From a virus (taxonomy: Duplodnaviria; Caudoviricetes), in the IMG/VR virus record IMGVR_UViG_3300036783_000113, positions 17,484-81,483 of that record: a stretch of 64,000 nt of DNA. One strand, written 5' to 3'. The notes beneath the pieces were generated by a model that made no database searches, was not told the DNA's origin, and saw only the letters and a list, made by a program, of their open reading frames with translations. The position numbers and the translations under genes are program-made. Every line of letters begins with the position of its first letter. Positions within the stretch are counted from its first letter, which is position 1. Positions 26,885 to 36,052 of the stretch are shown here, piece after piece.

Positions 26885-29800
26885 ATGGTAAAACAGATTA
26901 TTGCTTCATCGCAAATAACTATGACAGATTTAAGTGATGCGATTATTTCAGGAACGCAACCTACTGCTCCTAAATTGGATCAGTTATGGATTAAACGCGT
27001 TCCTCCTAATCCTGACCAGTTATTTAGATGGAATGGTACGGCGTGGGTAGAACAAACTTTAGATTTAAGTAAGCTAGACCCTGATGCTGATGGTAAAATT
27101 GAGAATCATGATATCACCATTGGGAATATGGTTGACGATGCAAAGTTAGATATTACAGAAAGACAAGAAGTTAAGAATAAGTTAACTCCTATCATTGGTG
27201 CTGTTGTCGCTGATGCTACAGCTTCACTACAGAACATCGACCAATTATTAGCTACAGGTGTAGGTGAGCCTGTAGCTGTATTAAAAGCTGCGACTAACGT
27301 TGGAATCCCAACTAGTGATGCTGATTATGCTAATTTAAGAACTAAGTATAATAATTTATCCACTTATTTAAATGGATTAATACCAGTTAAACCGTGGGAT
27401 GCTTCTGCTACTAATAAAGATAAAGTTATCACTGTCATTCCTACTGATTGGAGAAGTAAATGGTTAGATTATTACAAAGCTGTACAAGTTTTAACTACAG
27501 CTGTACAAACGAAGTTACAAGGTAATATAGAAAACATCAATGTTGGCGTTCGTAATTTACTATTAGATACTAGCGGAACAACAATGAAATCAGATACAGG
27601 AACAAACATTTCCGATACTGTTCTTAAATCATTTCAATTTGCTCCTGATACATTCGAAATGATTAGAGGTAAAGAAGTGTCTCTTTCTCTCACGGCTAGA
27701 ACACAAATTTTCTCAAAGGGAACTCCTTCGCCGTGGGCAGGTATGGAATTGTCAGTGACGTACGATGACAACGAACAAGTCTGGCTTCCTATTCGTGTGG
27801 AAGATAAAGTTGCTACCACTCAAGGTTGGACTCGTCATTCAGCTGTTGTCACGATAAAAGACAAAGCAATTAAGGCTGGTTATTTGAATAGCTTAATTAG
27901 AAACGTTAAAGGTATGATAGAAATTAAAGAGTGGCAAATGGAAGTAGGTAACAAAGCTAGTAATTACAAACCTGCTATTGAAGATATAGACAAAGCTATT
28001 AAAGATGCCGATAAAAAAGCTCAAGATGTAACTAATTCAGTTAACGATATGTCTTTAGATAGCAAATTAACACCAGTTGAGAAGATTCAATTAAAGACTG
28101 ATTATGAATCAATAACTGCTGAATTCAATACAACTCTTACTTCGGCTGATGCGTTTAATTTGACTTCATCATCGGAAAGGGTTTCCTACAATGCTGCTTA
28201 TGATGTGTTAAAAAAATACATTGATCCATTGCTCGTTAAGATGAACGAAACATCTGATGTGGATCGCACTGTATTCAGACAACGTTTCAAAGATTACTAC
28301 GATACTAAAGCTAAGTTGTTAAAGAAAATTTCTGATACTTCAAAAGGTTTAATTGATTTAACTGGTCAAGGTAATGGTAATATTTTACGTAATTCAGCTT
28401 GGATAAACAGCGAAAAATATTGGATAAAATCAGCGAACAGTGCAACTCATACACTTGAGCTTTTAGATAATTCATTTTTAGGCCAAAAAGTTTACAGACA
28501 AACAGTAATAAATGAAACTGTAGATAAATGGTATGCTGTTTATTCTGATTACTTTCCTGCTGTAGCTAATCAAACCTTCACTTTTAGTTTGTTCGCTAAC
28601 ACTACCGACAAAACAAAATTAGACAAACCTGCATTTTTGATAGCTGAATGGTTTGATAAAGATGGCACAAGACTCCTTAGAGGTAGTGTAGAACTTGCAG
28701 CTTCTACTAATAATAAATGGGAAAGGTTTTCTTTCACAACTACAGTTCCCGATACAGCCGTTAAAGGTAGATTAAGATTTCACTTAACGAGAAACGGTCA
28801 AATTTATTATGCTAAACCGATGGTTCAACAAGGTTCTTTCTTAGGAGAATGGAGTCCTAGCTATCTAGATTTTTCATTAGACGAAATTGATAAGAATGCT
28901 GAAGAGAGCAAAAACAACATCGCCGATATGTCAAACGACAGTAAATTAACTCCATTAGAAAAAGTTCAGTTAAAGAAAGAATGGGGAACGATGGTTGCTG
29001 AAAAGCCGCAATTTGAAGCTTTAGCAAACTCATTGAAGATTACAACTGAACTAAATGATTATATCAACGCGTATACTACATTGAATAATACACTTAACGG
29101 AACTACTGGTTATCTCAAAAACATGCAATCTACTGATGACATTAATGCTGCTACATTCCGTACTCAATTTGAAACATATTACGCGAAACAAGCTGCACTA
29201 ATCAAAAAAGTTAACCAATTAATTCAAGGTAACATTGATGGTATTCAAGGTACGAGAAATTTAATTCTTAATTCAAAGGTTACAGTTACGAATACCAATT
29301 ACCTAATTAATGAATATAAAACTTCTGAAGACTTTATTGAAGGTCAAGATTACACATTAGTGGTAAAAGGCTCTGTACCTTCAGGTCAGTTGTTCGGAAT
29401 TTGGTTATACGACGGAAATCATAGTCCAGCTATGATAGATATAACTAAAGCTGACAGTAAATTTTCTGAAGGTGTATATTATATTTCGTTTAAAGGATCA
29501 AAAAGAAATTCAGGTGATCCAAGAGTTTTAAGATTGTACAATTGGAGAAGCGAAAACATCGCTGGTAAAAGTGCCACTATCGAATGGGTTGCTTTATATA
29601 AAGGAACTAAAGCTTTCGATTGGTCACCTGCTCCTGAAGATGCTGATATTGGTAAGACTAACTTGTTTGTTGATTCTGAATTTAAAAGTTCGATAAACTG
29701 GATTATGCAAGATGTATCAAGACAAAAAGTAGAGACTGGTATTATGCCTAATGGAGTTAGACATTTTCAAGCTACTGTTTCTGTCTCTCCTGCTTATGTT

Positions 29801-31444
29801 GATTTCACTCAATTCATAGAAGTTGAACCGAACACTGAATACACTTTTTCAATGAATGCTGGCGGTTCTTTTAGAACATATTTTGTTGAAAATAAAGCCG
29901 ATAAAACAAATACAGCAATTTACAAAGATAACGCTTTAATTCAAAGTGCAGCTTGGGATATGTCAGCTCCAAGAAATACATTCACAAGAACCTTCAAAAC
30001 TCAACCTGACACTAAGATTGTAAGGTTTATTTTCAGAGTACAAGCTTTGGATGCTGGAGCTACTGGCGGTCGTTTTGCGCTACCTAAATTAGAAAAAGGG
30101 ACTACGGCAAGTGAATGGACAGCTAATCCTTTCGATTCTACTAATGGTGAAATATTCATTCAAGGTTCAGGAGCGGATCAGACTGATAAATCTAGACAGT
30201 TAACTGTAAATGGAGTTCCTGTTTACAATGAATCTATTGGTCGTGGATTAAGATTAGTTACATTAAGAAAAGATTCTTTAGCTGTAGTTGATAATATTTT
30301 GTATGATGTATACGGAAATGATACTGAAAGAAATAACTTAGCAACAAAAATTAATTCTTTAGGAGATAATGTATTCATAACTTTAAGTTCTTATGATGCT
30401 ATTCAATTCAATACAAATTTATTAACGGCTATGGTTGCGGTTGGTGCTTCAGGTACTATTTTACAAGGACGTGTCCCTTATGTATTTATTGGTATGAAAG
30501 GATTGGGACGTTATAACGGATTAGAACAATACACTGGCATCGGCTCATTATTCTCTCCTGCTACAATTTCTTGTAAAGTAGTTAATGGATCGATACAAGG
30601 AGTTAATAATAACAATGGTCAATCTGATACTAACGTCCGTCAAGATTTAAGACTCAATGCTCCCTTACCAACAAGTATCCTCATGGACTCAAAGGGGATA
30701 ACAGCTAGTGGTACTGATGCTTCTAAATACGCTCGTTTAGATTATCGTGGCTTGTATATAGCTGGTGGAGCAATACAAATTGATGGTGGACTTGATGAAG
30801 GTCAATTGTCTTCAGGTGTTGCGAGAAAAATGTCGTATTTGGATAGTAATGGTTTATATACAGGACAAGTTAATATTGGTGGTTCAGGTCAAAATGGTAT
30901 CTTATCCATTAAGAATGCTTCTAATTCAGAAATCGTTCGTGGTGATACAAATGGATTAACTATCAATAACGGCGCAATTACAATTAAACGACCTGATGGA
31001 GCTGCTTTAATTCAAAATGGCCAAGCTGTTTATAACTTTGCTGTAACAACACATTCACCTCCATTCCGTGGTGGTAATATCGATACAAGATCATGGTATT
31101 ACCATACGACAAAAGGGTTGCCGTTTGATCGAGATTTACAAGTTTGTGATTATATAGCAACTCAACATACAGGAAGATATATGAAAATGGATGTTGATTT
31201 CTATACAACCGTTGGTAATTCAGGAGCTTTAGTTATTGTACAAGCTGGTAAGTATAATCCAAATGGTTCAGAAGCTATAGTTGCTCAAATAGAAATCACA
31301 AACACTAAACCACAACCAGCTTACACAATTTCAATTGATTGTGGAGTACCAACGTATCAAAGAATAGGTTTCTATTTCTGTATAACATCTTGGTCAGCTG
31401 GTGATGTGTACGCTCGTTTAGTAAGGCCGTGGATGGAAGGTTAA
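26885..31444 (+). CDS. Modular tail fibre / receptor-binding protein
   Basis: Three helical DSKLTPxEK repeats, several RNL-initiated CBM-like modules, and an ILEI-like domain. Confidence 0.7.
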   Translation: MVKQIIASSQITMTDLSDAIISGTQPTAPKLDQLWIKRVPPNPDQLFRWNGTAWVEQTLDLSKLDPDADGKIENHDITIGNMVDDAKLDITERQEVKNKLTPIIGAVVADATASLQNIDQLLATGVGEPVAVLKAATNVGIPTSDADYANLRTKYNNLSTYLNGLIPVKPWDASATNKDKVITVIPTDWRSKWLDYYKAVQVLTTAVQTKLQGNIENINVGVRNLLLDTSGTTMKSDTGTNISDTVLKSFQFAPDTFEMIRGKEVSLSLTARTQIFSKGTPSPWAGMELSVTYDDNEQVWLPIRVEDKVATTQGWTRHSAVVTIKDKAIKAGYLNSLIRNVKGMIEIKEWQMEVGNKASNYKPAIEDIDKAIKDADKKAQDVTNSVNDMSLDSKLTPVEKIQLKTDYESITAEFNTTLTSADAFNLTSSSERVSYNAAYDVLKKYIDPLLVKMNETSDVDRTVFRQRFKDYYDTKAKLLKKISDTSKGLIDLTGQGNGNILRNSAWINSEKYWIKSANSATHTLELLDNSFLGQKVYRQTVINETVDKWYAVYSDYFPAVANQTFTFSLFANTTDKTKLDKPAFLIAEWFDKDGTRLLRGSVELAASTNNKWERFSFTTTVPDTAVKGRLRFHLTRNGQIYYAKPMVQQGSFLGEWSPSYLDFSLDEIDKNAEESKNNIADMSNDSKLTPLEKVQLKKEWGTMVAEKPQFEALANSLKITTELNDYINAYTTLNNTLNGTTGYLKNMQSTDDINAATFRTQFETYYAKQAALIKKVNQLIQGNIDGIQGTRNLILNSKVTVTNTNYLINEYKTSEDFIEGQDYTLVVKGSVPSGQLFGIWLYDGNHSPAMIDITKADSKFSEGVYYISFKGSKRNSGDPRVLRLYNWRSENIAGKSATIEWVALYKGTKAFDWSPAPEDADIGKTNLFVDSEFKSSINWIMQDVSRQKVETGIMPNGVRHFQATVSVSPAYVDFTQFIEVEPNTEYTFSMNAGGSFRTYFVENKADKTNTAIYKDNALIQSAAWDMSAPRNTFTRTFKTQPDTKIVRFIFRVQALDAGATGGRFALPKLEKGTTASEWTANPFDSTNGEIFIQGSGADQTDKSRQLTVNGVPVYNESIGRGLRLVTLRKDSLAVVDNILYDVYGNDTERNNLATKINSLGDNVFITLSSYDAIQFNTNLLTAMVAVGASGTILQGRVPYVFIGMKGLGRYNGLEQYTGIGSLFSPATISCKVVNGSIQGVNNNNGQSDTNVRQDLRLNAPLPTSILMDSKGITASGTDASKYARLDYRGLYIAGGAIQIDGGLDEGQLSSGVARKMSYLDSNGLYTGQVNIGGSGQNGILSIKNASNSEIVRGDTNGLTINNGAITIKRPDGAALIQNGQAVYNFAVTTHSPPFRGGNIDTRSWYYHTTKGLPFDRDLQVCDYIATQHTGRYMKMDVDFYTTVGNSGALVIVQAGKYNPNGSEAIVAQIEITNTKPQPAYTISIDCGVPTYQRIGFYFCITSWSAGDVYARLVRPWMEG

Positions 31445-31474
31445 TAAAAAGATATATCGAGAGGTGGTGGTAAG

Positions 31475-31843
31475 GTGTCTAACGTTACAAACGTTGTGGT
31501 AAAAGTTGATGAAAAAGGGAACATAATTAATTCGATGTCAGGTACAAATATTGGATTATCCGTTGATAACTCAATCGAATATGACTTAATCATCAATAAA
31601 GTTCCTGCTGAACAAGCTTTCGAAATTAGAAAGTACAAGGTTGCTATGGATGGTTTTAAACCAAGATTAGTATTAAAAGATGGTGAAACGCCACCTGTAA
31701 TCCCTGAAGCTGAATTAACTTTAGAACAAAAAGTTGCTAAATTAGAAAAGGCTTTAATTGAACAAGAAGTATCAAATAGTGAATTCAAAGAAATGACAAA
31801 TTCTTCTATGGATTTTTTGTTGGAAATGGCAATACAAACTTAA
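31475..31843 (+). CDS. Fibre-associated hypothetical protein
   Basis: Position; C-terminal coiled coil. Confidence 0.5.
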   Translation: MSNVTNVVVKVDEKGNIINSMSGTNIGLSVDNSIEYDLIINKVPAEQAFEIRKYKVAMDGFKPRLVLKDGETPPVIPEAELTLEQKVAKLEKALIEQEVSNSEFKEMTNSSMDFLLEMAIQT

Positions 31844-31871
31844 AAAAAATAAAAGAAAGAAGGTACTAATT

Positions 31872-32129
31872 ATGGCAGAACTTAATTATCCACAATTCGT
31901 ATATGAAGATGAAATTTGGGTAGCTAGTCAACAAGCTTTGATTTGTAAATTTATTAAGGCTGGTGCTGATATCAATAAATATCCTGTACGTTATCATCCA
32001 ATTGTTAAAAACAATGATTGTGCAACTTTCATGGCTGAATATGAAGCTTTCAAGGCTGCTCAAGCTAAAAGTATCAAAGAAGCTGAAGCAAAACAAATTC
32101 AAGAAATTAACGACTCAATTAAAGGATAA
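31872..32129 (+). CDS. Hypothetical protein
   Basis: GAAAGGT RBS. Confidence 0.5.
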   Translation: MAELNYPQFVYEDEIWVASQQALICKFIKAGADINKYPVRYHPIVKNNDCATFMAEYEAFKAAQAKSIKEAEAKQIQEINDSIKG

Positions 32130-32134
32130 TCATT

Positions 32135-32563
32135 ATGGATTTACTAGAATTCGTAAAGATTGCTAGTCAAATCGTTCAGTCCCCCTTCGTATTTTCGATC
32201 CTCTTCGTTATCGTTGGGGGGCTTTCTTTTTGGTTCTTATATAGCAAGTTCAATAAGAAAGAAGAAGACGCTAAAGCTAACCAAGACGAAATGAAGAAGA
32301 CACACGACAAGCATCAAAAACAGTTGTTAAAGATTATGGAAGATAACGATGTAAAAAGCGATGCAAGGGAGAAGAGGTTGATGGATCATAATCAAAGTTT
32401 AGTTGATGAAATAAACAAATTTAATAACTCTCTTGAAGATATTACAGGGACAGTTAAAGAAGTTAGTACAAGCGTTTCTAACATTCAAAAGCAACAAGAA
32501 ATGATGCAATTAAAGAATGATAAAGAGTTTGAAAGATTATGGGATAAAATTAAAAACGAGTAA
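32135..32563 (+). CDS. BhlA/UviB-like holin component
   Basis: Single N-terminal TM, coiled coil, DAREKRLM motif; upstream of the endolysin. Confidence 0.65.
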   Translation: MDLLEFVKIASQIVQSPFVFSILFVIVGGLSFWFLYSKFNKKEEDAKANQDEMKKTHDKHQKQLLKIMEDNDVKSDAREKRLMDHNQSLVDEINKFNNSLEDITGTVKEVSTSVSNIQKQQEMMQLKNDKEFERLWDKIKNE

Positions 32564-32581
32564 AGAAAGGAATGATGTTAA

Positions 32582-33352
32582 ATGGCTGATGTAACTAGTC
32601 ACGGTGGACATAATGCAATTATACAAGGAGCGAATTGGGGTTCTAGAAAAGAACACAATATGGATCGCGAATGTAACTCATTGTTTATTTCTAAGTTACG
32701 CGCATTAGGTCACAACGTTAAAAATGATACCGATGATGTAGGCACAACTCAAAGTATGATTGTTAATAACCAAATTCGAAATATCAATAGCCGTTACAAT
32801 GACGTTGGTTTCTCATGGCATTTAAACGCTTCCGATACAACTGGTCACGGCGTAGAAGTATTGTGTTATTCTGAAAAAGAAGCTCCAATAGCTCGAAAGA
32901 TTTCTGCTGAAATTGCTAAACGTACAGGTTGGAAAGATCGTGGAGCTAAGTTACGTCCTGATCTTGGAGTTATTCGTTCTACAAGCTGTCCAGTGTTCTT
33001 AATTGAAGCTGGTTTCATCGACAATGATTCGGATATGGCTAAGTGGAATGTTGAAAATATCGTTAACGCTGTTATCTTCGCTTACTTTGGACAAGAAGCT
33101 GGTAACGGTTCTAATAATAATGGAGGTGCCGCTAAAATGTGGGTTGCTAAAACTGGTGGTCTTGGTTGTCCTGAAGCTCAAGAAGTTATGAACAAACTAG
33201 CTGAATTCAATGTTGCAGGAAGTTTAGTGTATCAAGGTCAAGGTATCTTCTATCTCGAAACAAAGCCTGTAGCTGATCGTAATCGATTAGGTGCTATCTA
33301 TTGGTATTGTAAAGATTATCGCGGTTGGTTCACTGAATTATATGAAGTTTAA
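32582..33352 (+). CDS. Endolysin, N-acetylmuramoyl-L-alanine amidase (Amidase_3) with PlyG-like CBD
   Basis: HGGH...E, SWHLNA...GHGVEV and FLIEAGFIDN motifs; C-terminal TGG...W domain. Confidence 0.9.
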   Translation: MADVTSHGGHNAIIQGANWGSRKEHNMDRECNSLFISKLRALGHNVKNDTDDVGTTQSMIVNNQIRNINSRYNDVGFSWHLNASDTTGHGVEVLCYSEKEAPIARKISAEIAKRTGWKDRGAKLRPDLGVIRSTSCPVFLIEAGFIDNDSDMAKWNVENIVNAVIFAYFGQEAGNGSNNNGGAAKMWVAKTGGLGCPEAQEVMNKLAEFNVAGSLVYQGQGIFYLETKPVADRNRLGAIYWYCKDYRGWFTELYEV

Positions 33353-33478
33353 TTAATTGTAAATATTTTGTAAATTCAATAAAACACTTCCAATGATTGG
33401 TATTAATGTTTTATGTAATACCGCAACTTAGACATTTCATTAATGGCTTTTCAAAATCATTGGAGGTGTTTTATTTTT

Positions 33479-33703
33479 ATGGCAAAATTAGTTAACGTTT
33501 ACACTGGTGGTTACAGCAAGGCACATTTAGTTGAGGTTCATAATTTCTTGGTTCAAAATAAGTTATTCTTTGTTCCTTCACGTCATGAAAGTGGTTCTTT
33601 AATGTTCGATATCGGTGCATTATCTGATGACTCTCAAATTTATACTAACCTAATTAACATGCTACAATATTTAGGTTACTGGTATACTGTTCGTAACGCA
33701 TAA
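33479..33703 (+). CDS. Stand-alone cell-wall-binding-domain-like protein
   Basis: YTGGYS...EV...L...GSLMF....SD...GYWY aligns by eye with the endolysin C-terminus and PlyG-type CBDs; GGAGGTG RBS. Confidence 0.55.
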   Translation: MAKLVNVYTGGYSKAHLVEVHNFLVQNKLFFVPSRHESGSLMFDIGALSDDSQIYTNLINMLQYLGYWYTVRNA

Positions 33704-33730
33704 TCAATTAATTTTAAAGGAGGTGATATC

Positions 33731-33958
33731 ATGGATAAAGCTAGTATTGTTCGTGTGATCGTCTTAGTTGCTACGATGGTAAATGCTGCTTTAACTTTAA
33801 TGGGTGTTCCTCCAATTCCAATTGGTGAAGCTGAAGCTACAGTTATTTCAATGATTTTATTGAGTGCCGCTGCTTCTTGGACAACTTGGAAGAATAATTA
33901 TTTAGGTAAAAAAGGAATTAAGCAACGCGAAGAATTGAAAAAGAAAGATTTACATTAA
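33731..33958 (+). CDS. Holin, SPP1 family
   Basis: SIVRVIVL...VNAAL...P, WTTWKNNY..KKG motif. Confidence 0.85.
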   Translation: MDKASIVRVIVLVATMVNAALTLMGVPPIPIGEAEATVISMILLSAAASWTTWKNNYLGKKGIKQREELKKKDLH

Positions 33959-33960
33959 TC

Positions 33961-34025
33961 AAAGACCTTCCTTTTGTATCCTGACTATGTTACAATGTAG
34001 TTATTATACAAGAGGGAGGTTTTTT
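33961..34025 (+). terminator. Long hairpin: terminator and RBS-sequestering structure
   Basis: 19-bp stem (with G-U) whose 3' arm is the HNH RBS; TGnTACAAT in the loop; T tract follows. Confidence 0.65.
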
Positions 34026-34027
34026 AT

Positions 34028-34531
34028 ATGAGATTAATAGATTTAAGTGGTAAGAAATACGGAAGGTTAATTGTATTGCATAGAGAAGGTAAAGACAATC
34101 AAGGTAATGTCATGTGGAAATGTAGATGTGATTGCGGAGAAATTAATTCAGTTAGAGGTTACGCTTTGAAAAACGGTAGTGCAACTTCTTGTGGCTGTCT
34201 TGCTTCTGAATTAACCAAGAAAAGGTCAACGACTCACGGAATGACAAATACACCTGAATATAACATTTGGGTTGGAATGATACAAAGGTGTACTAATTCT
34301 AAAAACAAGGATTACAAAAATTACGGCGGTAGAGGAATAATCGTTCATCCTGATTGGTTATCTTTCGAAAATTTTTATAATGACATTGGTAAACGTCCGA
34401 CAGATAATCATTCTATAGACAGAATAGATGTTAACGGTAATTATGGAAAAGATAATTGCAAATGGGCTACGTTAGAAGAACAAGCTACAAATAAACGACC
34501 TTTAGGTTTAATTAAAACTAATACGTCATGA
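34028..34531 (+). CDS. HNH homing endonuclease
   Basis: GKKYGRL, CRCDCG, SCGC, YGGRGI and SIDRIDVNGNY...NCKWAT motifs. Confidence 0.9.
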   Translation: MRLIDLSGKKYGRLIVLHREGKDNQGNVMWKCRCDCGEINSVRGYALKNGSATSCGCLASELTKKRSTTHGMTNTPEYNIWVGMIQRCTNSKNKDYKNYGGRGIIVHPDWLSFENFYNDIGKRPTDNHSIDRIDVNGNYGKDNCKWATLEEQATNKRPLGLIKTNTS

Positions 34532-34675
34532 TGTAAAGGTGTTTACCAAAGTAAGAAAACAGGAAAGTGGATAGCTGAAATAAGGATCAATGGTAAAACA
34601 AAATACTTAGGCTGTTACTATGAAAAAGATGAAGCTGTATCCGTTAGATTGAAAGCTGAAGAAGATAATAAATAA
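34532..34675 (+). pseudogene. AP2 DNA-binding domain separated from HNH by an in-frame TGA
   Basis: NTS*CKGVY...KWIAEIRINGKTKYLG...EAVSVR.KAE in the same frame as HNH. Confidence 0.8.
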
Positions 34676-34718
34676 TTAAGTAACCTCTTGGACATAATAC
34701 GTTCAGGGGGTTATTTTT

Positions 34719-34796
34719 ATGGGATTAAATATTGTAGCTGTATTAGTTGTCATATTTTTAATTCTTATGTATGGATGGTTATGGTTTGGGCATTAA
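34719..34796 (+). CDS. 25-aa hydrophobic peptide
   Basis: MGLNIVAVLVVIFLILMYGWLWFGH; AGGGGG RBS lies in the 3' arm of a hairpin. Confidence 0.45.
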   Translation: MGLNIVAVLVVIFLILMYGWLWFGH

Positions 34797-34820
34797 AAAA
34801 AGAGGGGTTAATTCCCCTCT
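34795..34820 (-). terminator. Terminator at the late/early convergence
   Basis: AGAGGGG-TTAATT-CCCCTCT with an A tract on the left. Confidence 0.75.
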
Positions 34821-34884
34821 ACTTTGACTTATTTAACGATTCATCGATAGCTTGTTTTATTTTCTTTTTGGTCGTTCCATTCCA

Positions 34885-35460
34885 TCACTTAGCCACTTCC
34901 CTTCTTCTATTCTTTAGATACTCATTTCTAATTAACCAATCGATACCAATACCTACAGCATCCGATTCATCGTCTGTTCTGAAATTAAATGGTGGAGTTT
35001 TAAATTCTGTCTTGGCCTGTAACTCCTTCTCGTACTTCTTACATTCTTCTTCAACTTTACCTTTAGAAGCTTCTCCATGACCTGTAAAACGTAACTTGAA
35101 TTGTTTATTGTGTACATCTTCAATTTCAAGGTTAAGGAATACTTTTTCAGCAATACCATGTACTTTAGCTAAGATAGGTGACTCGAAACTTACGTTAACA
35201 CCTACCATAGCATCTTTTGTTTTAGTTACAAGTTCTTCTTTAATAACTACATGAGGATAATACATATTCTTCAAACGGAACAATTCAGATTCGATATGAG
35301 CTAACTTCAATCCGATTTGCTTAGTTGTAAAATGATGATTAGGTATATGACCAAAGCTAAGTATTTTAGGTTTGTCTTTAACTATGAATACAGCCCAACC
35401 ACTTGAGTTAAGTGATGGATCAATAACGATTAAGTAAAATGGTTTCTGTTCTTCAGTCAT
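34885..35460 (-). CDS. RuvC-like Holliday junction resolvase
   Basis: VIDPSLNSSGWA, IKEE, DDESDAVGIG. Confidence 0.85.
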   Translation of the reverse strand: MTEEQKPFYLIVIDPSLNSSGWAVFIVKDKPKILSFGHIPNHHFTTKQIGLKLAHIESELFRLKNMYYPHVVIKEELVTKTKDAMVGVNVSFESPILAKVHGIAEKVFLNLEIEDVHNKQFKLRFTGHGEASKGKVEEECKKYEKELQAKTEFKTPPFNFRTDDESDAVGIGIDWLIRNEYLKNRRREVAK

Positions 35461-35993
35461 TACTTGTACTCTCCTTTAATGCGTGTGAATTTTAAGAAGT
35501 TCATTGCGTATTTATTTTTTTCGTCACTTCTTTTTTCGTATAAAGATTCAGGATTAAAGTCATCATTTAAACATTTACTAAATTCAATATCAAGACCTGT
35601 ATCACCTTCAAATACACCTTGCACTTCTGTAATGTATATCTCTTGTACATATGGCATAAACTGTTTGTATACGTTCATTCCACCAATGATCCATAAGTCT
35701 CTATCTCCACCAGTATAATCATATTGGTCAAGTATAGCACCGATATCATTAGAGTGATATAAATTCTTGGTATGGTCGTCAACAAGCGACTTCCTACTTA
35801 AAACAACATTCTCTCTATTTGGCAAGGGCTTGCCACCGATTGAATCAAATGTCTTCCTACCCATTACTACGATATGACCTTCTGTAAGCTCCTTGAAACG
35901 GTTTAAATCATATGGTAAGCTTTTACCCCACGGTAATTCGTTCTCGTTACCTATAACACCGTTAAGGTCACATGCAAGTATAAGTTTTATCAT
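35460..35993 (-). CDS. dfrA: Dihydrofolate reductase
   Basis: IGNENELPW, DL.RFKELT, VVMGRKTF, PLPNRENVV, IIGG. Confidence 0.95.
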   Translation of the reverse strand: MIKLILACDLNGVIGNENELPWGKSLPYDLNRFKELTEGHIVVMGRKTFDSIGGKPLPNRENVVLSRKSLVDDHTKNLYHSNDIGAILDQYDYTGGDRDLWIIGGMNVYKQFMPYVQEIYITEVQGVFEGDTGLDIEFSKCLNDDFNPESLYEKRSDEKNKYAMNFLKFTRIKGEYK

Positions 35994-36052
35994 TAATAAC
36001 ACCATCCTTTTCAAAAGTTAAGGAAAGGCATAAAGCCCTTCCTGTTATTTAT

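Noticed and set aside
33380-33420. Host-type dif site (also checked 55450-55480 and 62700-62730)
   Set aside because: Only one arm partially matches in each case; there is no 11-6-11 site with both arms.
34841-34885. 14-codon ORF after ruvC ending in TGA as a second read-through case
   Set aside because: Read-through would add only three codons and there is no domain similarity.
34688-35080. 130-aa plus-strand ORF and the many antisense ORFs in the track (e.g. 5758, 8536, 12194, 16998, 48361, 55712)
   Set aside because: They are shadows of well-supported genes on the opposite strand or frame and lack RBSs.
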